A stretch of DNA of 43,877 bases from a virus (Duplodnaviria > Caudoviricetes), in IMG/VR virus record IMGVR_UViG_3300032074_000007, positions 1 to 43,877 of that record, one strand, 5' to 3'. Both the position numbers and the translations under genes were made by a program. The notes beneath the pieces were generated by a model. That model was not told where the DNA came from, searched no databases, and was given only the letters and a program-made list of their open reading frames with translations. Numbering within the stretch: the stretch's first letter is position 1; each line of letters opens with the position of its first letter. Shown in pieces: positions 35,269 through 42,386 of the stretch.

Positions 35269-36304
35269 CGGTGCTCCTCTCCCAGACCAGCGAGTCATGT
35301 GCCCGCGACATCTTCTGGAGGTGCGGGGTAGCCACGAAACGACCTGTGTTGAGATCCCTCACAGGCAGGTCTTTTTTAGGCTCTTCAGTAACCATTGCAC
35401 CGCCCATGTCCAGCGTCTCGAAAGCTTTCGATACCGACTTTCGGTGCAGCGCGTACATCCCTCCACCTGCACCCACAGTTGCACCCCCGCCGATCAGAAC
35501 GTTGCGTCGAGTGTTGTTGGTAGGAGCAGGCTTCATCGAGGCCCTCGAAGGATCAGGAGCAGGCTTAGGCGTCTGTGGCGTGCTGGGCGCAGAGTTGGGC
35601 ATCTGCGGAGTAGGCCGAGAAGGAACGTTCACCCCAGCCTTGGGTGCGCTAGAGGTAGGAGGAGCGAAACTAGCCCGAGGAGGACGAGGAGCCGCAGGGG
35701 CAGGAGTTGCTACAGGCTTAGGTGCTGCAGCAGGCTTGGGAGCGCTCAGTCGAGCGGCGCGATCAGCTAGTGCTTTTCGGGCGAGCTTTCTGGGGTCTGC
35801 AGGTCTCTGCGAACGAACCGGTCCACTCTCAGCAGAATGAGCCCAGGCTTCTTCACGAGCGAGCTTCCGGGGATCGTTCTGGATCTGGTGGTGCCGCCAC
35901 GAACTGCGCTGAGGAGCAGCGTGAAACATCTCATGCCTCATGGTGCTATCTGGCGTTGATACCGGAGCCACCACATGCGAAGTCCCACGCTTGGAGCTGC
36001 CGAAACGCACAGTGCCAGCATCAGCACCCTTTTCTGCCTGGGACTGTTCGAACGCCTTGTCTGGGGTGTGGATGTAGGTAGATCCGACCTTGCCTCGAAC
36101 CGTGGTGTGGTTCTTCAGCGCGCTGGCGTTTCCCGCCTGAGCTGCACGGAACTTGTCTGCCGTGTTCTTAGTCTTCATGCGATTCAGGCTGCCCTCGATC
36201 TTGCGAGTCTTGAAGGCACCGCGAAGTTCTTTGGCCCCTACCTCAGTGGCCTTCACATATCCCATGCCAGGGACATAGGACTTGAAGACCAGATCCTCGC
36301 TCAT
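35261..36304 (-). CDS. Basic protein with DLVFK leader, HExxH motif, Pro/Ala linker and Gly-rich hydrophobic helix (347 aa)
   Basis: MSEDLVFKSY; RHEMFHA...REEAWA; VLIGGGATVGAGGGMYAL-HRK; VSK|AFETLDMG; RDLNTGRF. Confidence 0.75.
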   Translation of the reverse strand: MSEDLVFKSYVPGMGYVKATEVGAKELRGAFKTRKIEGSLNRMKTKNTADKFRAAQAGNASALKNHTTVRGKVGSTYIHTPDKAFEQSQAEKGADAGTVRFGSSKRGTSHVVAPVSTPDSTMRHEMFHAAPQRSSWRHHQIQNDPRKLAREEAWAHSAESGPVRSQRPADPRKLARKALADRAARLSAPKPAAAPKPVATPAPAAPRPPRASFAPPTSSAPKAGVNVPSRPTPQMPNSAPSTPQTPKPAPDPSRASMKPAPTNNTRRNVLIGGGATVGAGGGMYALHRKSVSKAFETLDMGGAMVTEEPKKDLPVRDLNTGRFVATPHLQKMSRAHDSLVWERSTDG

Positions 36305-36948
36305 GGCTTGATCTTCTTGGGGAGGGCGAATTCACCGTCTTCGTGCAGCAGGCGGTCCAGGTCAGAGAACTTGAGCCATGCAGAGCCATTGACGCCCCAG
36401 CTCTTGCCCCAGGAGTTGTCCAGACGAACCAGCTCCTTCTTGGCGTCGATCCCGCCGATGCAGATGGCGTGTCCACCAGCCTGAGAGCCAGTGACAGCCA
36501 GCACACCGTTGGAGTCAGGCTCGAACATCCCGTCGTACCAGTTGATACCGATCTCCATGGGGCCGAGGTGAGAGATGGACTGCAGCACCTCATCCGTGGT
36601 CGTAGCCCAGTGATAGGAGAGCACCAGCTTGTCCTGCTGGGCAGCCTTCATGGCCCCGAGCACAGAGCTACCGTCGTAGTTCTCTCCCGGCCACTCATCG
36701 CACTGGCGAGCACGGTCATAACGCTCAGTAGCGAACTGGTTGGTCAGGTTGGGCATACGGCGAGGCGTGATGCCCAGCGTGTGCGAGAGACCGAAGCCAG
36801 TACAGCCAGAGGTCTGGCCCTGGTCCAGCCACAGGTCACGCTTCCAGCTGCGGCTCTTGAGCATGGGCTTAGGAGCGAGCTTGGAGATCTTGTAGTCCAG
36901 CGACTTGGGGTCGAAGCGAGGCTTCCAGTCGAGAATGTGGTTGGTCAT
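36301..36948 (-). CDS. Papain-like (C1A) cysteine peptidase
   Basis: DQGQTSGCTGF (Gln, Cys), GGHAI (His), NSWGKSWG (Asn); no signal peptide. Confidence 0.9.
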   Translation of the reverse strand: MTNHILDWKPRFDPKSLDYKISKLAPKPMLKSRSWKRDLWLDQGQTSGCTGFGLSHTLGITPRRMPNLTNQFATERYDRARQCDEWPGENYDGSSVLGAMKAAQQDKLVLSYHWATTTDEVLQSISHLGPMEIGINWYDGMFEPDSNGVLAVTGSQAGGHAICIGGIDAKKELVRLDNSWGKSWGVNGSAWLKFSDLDRLLHEDGEFALPKKIKP

Positions 36949-37328
36949 GCGACGCTCCTAGGCCATGTAGGGGTGGGTGCAGGGCCATTGCCATCCCAGG
37001 CAGCAGCCCACTGTTGTTCGATCAGCTCTGCGACGAGGTTTGTCCCGTCTTCGAGGGTGACTCGTGCGACGAACTCGCCGCCGTACTTGTAGTCCTTCAC
37101 CATCGTCAGGATCACGAGTGAGTCCAGTGGCAGGCGCTGTACGAGGTGCTCTCGCGCAGCCTTTCCTGCCTCGGTCTTAAGCTCCCAGGCGTTACAGCCC
37201 AGCAGCCTGACCTTGTACTTGATGGTGATGCGCAGACCCATGTCGATGTAACACTCGATGGTGTCTCCATCCACGATGCGATCCACGATGGCTACGTAAG
37301 CCCGCTCATGCGGGAAGTCGAGATTCAC
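36945..37328 (-). CDS. Thermonuclease (SNase-like) protein
   Basis: IVDGDTI, VRLLGCNAWE and KYG motifs, 'L...G.N....L' C-terminus; GTG start coupled to the upstream stop. Confidence 0.85.
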   Translation of the reverse strand: MNLDFPHERAYVAIVDRIVDGDTIECYIDMGLRITIKYKVRLLGCNAWELKTEAGKAAREHLVQRLPLDSLVILTMVKDYKYGGEFVARVTLEDGTNLVAELIEQQWAAAWDGNGPAPTPTWPRSVA

Positions 37329-38326
37329 GGCGCGATGGCCTTCTTTGCATGGTTGAGACGCCCACGAGCGCCAGGCTTCATCTTCACTTCCAGGCTTCGT
37401 CCCGCGACACCAGCAGCAGCGATACCCAGACCGACCTTTCCTGCCTTGCGGGCGACCTGTGCTTGCTTGCCATAGACCCGAGAGAAGTAACGCTCCTGGG
37501 TAGCCATGCCTCGCAGCTTTCCAGCCTTGGTGGCGTCAGCATCAGTGTGGCCATGGAAGACGCCCTGCCAGTTGTTGGCGATGTCCTGCGTGCTACGGCT
37601 GGGGTGATATTTAGGAACATTGGTGGCGCGGTTACGTCCGAAGGGGCTCTTGGCTGGAGTCTTCTCTTTCTCGTAGCCACCCAGGTTGGGGTTGAGCTTG
37701 TGGGCTTCAGCCATGTGGGTCTTAGCGCGATGAGCCCACTTGTTCCCCTGAGCGTCCATCACATGACCGCCAGCGAAGCCAGTGGCAGCGAGCGTGCCTC
37801 CTCCACCGAGGAGCGCGTTGGACTTGAACTCATCGTGCTTCTGGGCCTTGGCGACGAGACTCTTGTTCTTGCGCTTGTGGGCATAAGCGCCTCCTGCAGC
37901 CAGAGCAGCACCTGCCCCGAGAGCGATGTTGGACCCGATACGAGCGCCGTGCATGGTCCTGATGACCTTCTTCTCAGCCTGGACCCTGCCCTGCATCGCA
38001 CCACGCTCGAAGGCTTTGCCGGTGTTCTCAGCTCTCCAGCCGCGAAGGTCGTTGTTCATCTCGTTGAGGTACTTGCGGTGAGCGTCCTCTCGGTAGCCGA
38101 AGATGCCACCACGACCGCCTGACACTAGGTGTCTAGTTGCTCCGACCTTGCTCGTCGCAGTCTTGGCTTGGTGCAGTCGTCCACTGTCAGGACGAGCGAT
38201 GGGAACACCACCACCTACCAGACCGACACCACCGATGGTTGCGCCAGCACCCATAGCCTGACCGCTGTAGTCAGACTTGCGCTTAGAGACTTCGACGCCA
38301 TGGTCTACGCCCCAGTAACTCTCCAT
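37325..38326 (-). CDS. WGVDHG-leader basic glycine-zipper protein 3 (333 aa, two modules)
   Basis: ATG overlaps the portal stop (TGATG); MESYWGVDHGVEVSK leader; internal LVAK|A junction. Confidence 0.8.
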   Translation of the reverse strand: MESYWGVDHGVEVSKRKSDYSGQAMGAGATIGGVGLVGGGVPIARPDSGRLHQAKTATSKVGATRHLVSGGRGGIFGYREDAHRKYLNEMNNDLRGWRAENTGKAFERGAMQGRVQAEKKVIRTMHGARIGSNIALGAGAALAAGGAYAHKRKNKSLVAKAQKHDEFKSNALLGGGGTLAATGFAGGHVMDAQGNKWAHRAKTHMAEAHKLNPNLGGYEKEKTPAKSPFGRNRATNVPKYHPSRSTQDIANNWQGVFHGHTDADATKAGKLRGMATQERYFSRVYGKQAQVARKAGKVGLGIAAAGVAGRSLEVKMKPGARGRLNHAKKAIAP

Positions 38327-40182
38327 CACTTGCTCCCTGGCTTCTTCTTCTTGGCCCTGAGAGCTTCTCTCTCGGCCTGTTGCTTGGCCTTGGCCTGGTT
38401 GGTAGCCACCCGCTCCTTGAGGCGTCCCAGGGCCTCCTGGCGCTTGTAGTCACTGTCCTTGGCCTTCTGGTCCCGAGCAGTGTCCTTGTCCCGGATCTTG
38501 GACTGGTGCTCACGGTCCTTCTGAGCGAACTGGTGATCCTGCGCCTTGGCCTTCAGGTCCATCTGCTTGGCCTGCATGTCCATCTGGTGCTTCTGGTCGT
38601 TCTGCTGCATCTGCTGACCGTGCTGCTCCTGCTGCATGGCCTGAGCATTGGGGTCTTGCATCTGCTCCTGCTGCTGTGCAGCCTGCTCAGGAGTGGGGCT
38701 CTGGGCCTGCATCTCTGCCTGCTCAGGGGTCATGCCAGCATCCACAGCCATCTGCTTCTGCTGCGTGCCCTGAGCCATCATCTGGGTTTCCATGAAGCTC
38801 TGGTGGTTCTGCATCAGGGCCATCTGACGACGCTGCTCTAGCTGGTCCTCGGGGATCTCAGGCAGGTGCGCAGTCTCACGCAGGAACTTCTCCAGATCGG
38901 GATCAGGGAAGAACTGCATACCTAGCCCAGCCATGCCAGTCATGAACTGGGTCAGTTCAGCGAGGTTGGGCGGATCGACGTTGGCCGGGACGATGCGAGG
39001 CAGCTCATCCAGCTTCCAGGCATTGATCTCGAACAGCCGAGGGATCGCGTGACGGTTGAACACATCAGCGATGGCCTCAGTGATGACGTTCATGGCAGCG
39101 CGGAAGATGCCGGTCTTGTCCACGTGCATGGCGTAGGAGCCAGACTGCTCATGGCCCAGCAGGATGAAGTCAGCCAGGACAGTCATGAGGATGCCCTGCT
39201 GGTAGCGACCGATCAGAGCGTTGGTGTCGAAGGTACGAGCGCCACCAGAGGACATCAGCTCGAACTTGAAAAGCTCGTTGCCCTTCTCGTCGTACTCCAG
39301 AGGCAGCACCAGACCTTCGTGCTCATCCCGGCGCACGTTCTGCACCATGCGCTTGAAGGCTTGGTAGACCTTCTGCTCATCGGTGTTCTGCTTGGCCTTC
39401 ATGTAGGAGCTGGGGACCATGGCCACAGGCATACCTGCGAGATCACGCTCCACACCGATGGCCTCGAACTCCTCCAGGCGCTTCTTGAAGAACCAGGGGC
39501 GATAGGCATTACGCAGCATGGACTGGCCCTCGGGGTTTCCCTTGTACAGGCCAGTGCGGAAGAGCAGGCTCTTCCTGATCGGGATGATGTTGGTCTTGTA
39601 GCTGGGCGGTGCGATCTGCACCATGCCCTGAATGCCACCATCCTCATCGAAGAGCCAGCGAAGCAGCGTCTCCTGTGAGCGAATGGGGATCTTGCGCCAG
39701 CCGATACGCCCATCGGTGTACTTGGACTTCTTCTTGGGGTCTTTCTCCCACGGGCCTACACGCTTCTTGTAGACGATCTCGTGCCAGGACCAGCCATAGA
39801 CCAGGCAGGACAGGATCTCGGAGATCATGTCGTTCCAGGTGTGGGACATATCGTCCATGCACTGCTCTACGAACTCCACAGCCTCTGCTGACTGCGAGGT
39901 GTTGTCGTTGCCCTCTACACGCCAGGTGACCTGACGAACCAGCTTGTCGATAGCGAAGAGCAGCGCACCCACGATGGGGTCGTTGAGGGACATCTCCCGG
40001 TAGACCTTGATGGCCTTACGCCCCCGCAGGGCTGGGAGGAACTCTTCATCGATGGTGCCAGTAGCCCGCTTGAGACCAGTCTGTCCGATCTCCTGCAGCG
40101 GGTTGGTGTTTGCACGCGCCTGCGTCAGCTCGGGGAAAGCCTCGTCCCCGTAGCGCAGCACGTCTGCGATGTTCTCAGGCAT
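38326..40182 (-). CDS. Portal protein (DUF935 / Mu gp29-like) with Gln/Met-rich C-terminal extension
   Basis: Start moved to ATG 40182 (GAGGAGG RBS); 'YREM...DP.VGA', 'YGWSWHEIVYK', 'GNPEG.S.LRNAYRPW', 'IGVERDLAGMP', 'GSYA'. Confidence 0.9.
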   Translation of the reverse strand: MPENIADVLRYGDEAFPELTQARANTNPLQEIGQTGLKRATGTIDEEFLPALRGRKAIKVYREMSLNDPIVGALLFAIDKLVRQVTWRVEGNDNTSQSAEAVEFVEQCMDDMSHTWNDMISEILSCLVYGWSWHEIVYKKRVGPWEKDPKKKSKYTDGRIGWRKIPIRSQETLLRWLFDEDGGIQGMVQIAPPSYKTNIIPIRKSLLFRTGLYKGNPEGQSMLRNAYRPWFFKKRLEEFEAIGVERDLAGMPVAMVPSSYMKAKQNTDEQKVYQAFKRMVQNVRRDEHEGLVLPLEYDEKGNELFKFELMSSGGARTFDTNALIGRYQQGILMTVLADFILLGHEQSGSYAMHVDKTGIFRAAMNVITEAIADVFNRHAIPRLFEINAWKLDELPRIVPANVDPPNLAELTQFMTGMAGLGMQFFPDPDLEKFLRETAHLPEIPEDQLEQRRQMALMQNHQSFMETQMMAQGTQQKQMAVDAGMTPEQAEMQAQSPTPEQAAQQQEQMQDPNAQAMQQEQHGQQMQQNDQKHQMDMQAKQMDLKAKAQDHQFAQKDREHQSKIRDKDTARDQKAKDSDYKRQEALGRLKERVATNQAKAKQQAEREALRAKKKKPGSK

Positions 40183-40217
40183 GGCCCTCCTCGGTCCCTT
40201 CAATCATGCAGAAATGA

Positions 40218-40256
40218 ACAAGGCCCGAACCCACTCCACATGGATTCGGACCTTGT
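40218..40256 (-). terminator. Terminator separating the small-gene cluster from the virion operon
   Basis: 16-bp stem that is fully paired only on the minus strand (two G-U pairs), followed by UCAUUUC. Confidence 0.75.
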
Positions 40257-40290
40257 CTTTATGGGAGTACCACGTCCCGATGACAGTTAA

Positions 40291-40572
40291 TCATGGTGTC
40301 TCGATACTGTCCTCAGCCCACACGCGCACATAGACATCACGCTGATCCCCGTTACGCAGTGAGGCGACCTCTACCAGATCGTTGTTGTACTTGTTCTTGA
40401 TCTGGCGCACCAGGGACTGAGCGACATTCTCCGGGTAGGTCTTGCTGACCCAGTTGCCCTTGGCATTGGCTGCAGCGTCGATCAGAGCGAAGGGCGTGGA
40501 CAGAGGCGTTCGTCCCCGACGAGGAGGCTGGAAGTTGCTCTCGTGGACAGTGAAGCCGTTGTTGTCAGGCAT
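40291..40572 (-). CDS. Hypothetical protein (93 aa), possibly DNA-binding
   Basis: AAGGAG RBS; 'PPRRGR' and 'DVYVRV' motifs. Confidence 0.7.
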   Translation of the reverse strand: MPDNNGFTVHESNFQPPRRGRTPLSTPFALIDAAANAKGNWVSKTYPENVAQSLVRQIKNKYNNDLVEVASLRNGDQRDVYVRVWAEDSIETP

Positions 40573-40590
40573 TGGTTCTCCTTAAGGCGG

Positions 40591-40887
40591 TTATGCAGGT
40601 GACTGTAGCGCTTTTCTGATTACCTGTGGGATCTCAGACTCTCTGACCCAGAACTCACGATCCTCATCCATCACAGGCTCGTTAGTCTCTCTGTCCCACT
40701 GCGCTTGGCCCTGTGCATTGAGTTTGTACATCTTTGCCAGGAAACAGGCCATTGGTCCTGCTGATCCCTCGAAGGTGAACCCACAGCAGTTATCGAGGCT
40801 GATGCCATTGCTGGTCAGGAACTCCTGCACTTCTGCCTTGTGGTCAGGCCCTATGAGATTGAGCCATCCGGGGCTGAACTCTCTCAT
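40591..40887 (-). CDS. Hypothetical protein (98 aa)
   Basis: Start moved to ATG 40887 (GGAGGAG RBS, ATGA overlap with the 46-aa gene). Confidence 0.7.
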   Translation of the reverse strand: MREFSPGWLNLIGPDHKAEVQEFLTSNGISLDNCCGFTFEGSAGPMACFLAKMYKLNAQGQAQWDRETNEPVMDEDREFWVRESEIPQVIRKALQSPA

Positions 40888-41024
40888 TTGATGAACTCCT
40901 CCATGTGTGCCCACCACTGGTTCTTGGCCCCTGTCCTGTCCTTTGCCAGACCTGCGACCCCACAGCCACAGACCCATGAGACGCCTCCCTCTCGTTCGCC
41001 TATGAACTTAAGGATGTGGATCAC
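40884..41024 (-). CDS. 46-aa H-CxC-H zinc-finger-like miniprotein (not in the ORF track)
   Basis: MIHILKFIGEREGGVSWVCGCGVAGLAKDRTGAKNQWWAHMEEFIK; GTGA and ATGA overlaps on both sides; aligns with the C-terminus of 41541..41810. Confidence 0.75.
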   Translation of the reverse strand: MIHILKFIGEREGGVSWVCGCGVAGLAKDRTGAKNQWWAHMEEFIK

Positions 41025-41548
41025 TGCTGCTTGTCCTTGTAGAACTGGGTTACTGCGTCATCAGCGCTCTGGTACAGCTCTTCCATGCTGGTCTCGTCCA
41101 TGGGCTTCCTGGGGATCATGGCCATCCACACCTTGGTGATCTCAGTCAGATCCTTGGGCTTGGCTCCGCACTGCACCAGCAGAGCAGCGATAGCCACACG
41201 CTGGGTCATGGTCCCGAAAGCATCTAGCCTCTCTAGATCCTTCTCGTTCTCATCGATGTCAGTGTGAAGCGAACTGATGTCAGCTTGCAGAGCAGAAATC
41301 TCCCGGTGAGCCAGCATGAGTGATGTTGCCTCATCGCCACCAGCCAGAGTCAGCTCTTCTACAGCAGCCTGTGCCTTGGAAGCAGCCATAGAGATGCCAT
41401 GAAGGCTCATGCTCGCCGCGAGGCTCGTGGTCGACGCAGGCATGTTGAAGCTCAGCGGCTGAGGCTTGCCATTGAGCTCGATGCTCACCTTCGGTCCAGC
41501 GCTCCTAGCAGCCTCGATGCCATCCAGCGGAATCTTGTTTTCACTCAT
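41021..41548 (-). CDS. Hypothetical protein with coiled coil (175 aa)
   Basis: Start moved to ATG 41548 (GAGGAG RBS, 8-nt overlap). Confidence 0.7.
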   Translation of the reverse strand: MSENKIPLDGIEAARSAGPKVSIELNGKPQPLSFNMPASTTSLAASMSLHGISMAASKAQAAVEELTLAGGDEATSLMLAHREISALQADISSLHTDIDENEKDLERLDAFGTMTQRVAIAALLVQCGAKPKDLTEITKVWMAMIPRKPMDETSMEELYQSADDAVTQFYKDKQQ

Positions 41549-41810
41549 CGCCCATCTCCTCATACTTGTGTGTTCGGTGTTGTCGTGTTGCATCGAACTG
41601 ACTGATGCCCACGCCATTGGCTCCACAGGAGCAGCGCCAGTAGTGGAAGCCGTCCACAGACTTCTCGATGTTGCAGGCGTGTAGCTCTGTGGCTGCCGGG
41701 TCATCTAGGAAGAACTTCTTGTACTCCTCAGGCGTCAGTTCGATCTCGGTCATGTTCCAGACCTTGGTCCCGCCCTCTTCCTGGACGGCGTACACGTATG
41801 CCTTATGCAT
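41541..41810 (-). CDS. Hypothetical protein with C-terminal H-CxC-H finger (89 aa)
   Basis: Start moved to ATG 41810; ...HACNIEKSVDGFHYWRCSCGANG...HRTH. Confidence 0.65.
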   Translation of the reverse strand: MHKAYVYAVQEEGGTKVWNMTEIELTPEEYKKFFLDDPAATELHACNIEKSVDGFHYWRCSCGANGVGISQFDATRQHRTHKYEEMGDE

Positions 41811-41997
41811 CACACACCGGGCACTCTCCTGGCTTTGGTCGCACTGTGCGGACCTCCAGAACATCAGGCTTTGGCCATTTGGCCGGGACAGTGATGACTG
41901 TTTCCCCGCGCTCACGTATCTCTGCTGGTCGTATATCCAGCCACTTCGCTACGAGTGGCTCTGTGATCTCAGGGACCAGATGGATGCAGTCACGCAC
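41803..41997 (-). CDS. Small CxH...CxxC protein (64 aa)
   Basis: GTG start with GAGGAG RBS; overlaps both neighbours. Confidence 0.65.
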   Translation of the reverse strand: MRDCIHLVPEITEPLVAKWLDIRPAEIRERGETVITVPAKWPKPDVLEVRTVRPKPGECPVCDA

Positions 41998-42277
41998 GCT
42001 TGCGCTCCTCGATGTGCTCGCGCTCCATCTTGTGCACAGCAGCCACAGTGAAGTTGCCCCTGAACTTGTAGATGAAGTCGCAGTTGAGCGCTGAGCACTT
42101 CAGGGCTGAGCCATCGAAGTAGAAGGCATGCACTTCGCTGTTGTGGCTGCGCTGCACAGAGACCAGGTAGTCCACGAAAGCGTCTCCTCTGATAGTGCTG
42201 ATGAACTCGCACTTGTCGCACTTGAGCACCAGGCCAGACGCAGCGCTTGTCTCGACCTTGATCTTGTGATCACTCAT
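41990..42277 (-). CDS. Protein with two tandem H...CxxC...H repeats (95 aa)
   Basis: LKCDKCEFI..RG..H and LKCSALNCDFI..RG..H. Confidence 0.7.
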   Translation of the reverse strand: MSDHKIKVETSAASGLVLKCDKCEFISTIRGDAFVDYLVSVQRSHNSEVHAFYFDGSALKCSALNCDFIYKFRGNFTVAAVHKMEREHIEERKRA

Positions 42278-42386
42278 CAGCTACCGCGCAGTTGGGCTGG
42301 CAGGAGCAGGGGACCTCGTTGTCTTCTTCATCGAAGGCGAAACCAGCACAGTTGGAGTGTTTGCCTTGTGCGCACTCAGGACACAT
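42270..42386 (-). CDS. 38-aa Cys-rich miniprotein
   Basis: MCPECAQGKHSNCAGFAFDEEDNEVPCSCQPNCAVADE; GGAGG RBS before ATG 42386. Confidence 0.6.
   Translation of the reverse strand: MCPECAQGKHSNCAGFAFDEEDNEVPCSCQPNCAVADE

Noticed and set aside
40888-40977. N-terminal extension MGLWLWG... of ORF 40591..40977, despite a purine-rich sequence upstream
   Set aside because: The interval is better explained by the 46-aa finger gene, which overlaps both neighbours, and ATG 40887 has its own GGAGGAG.
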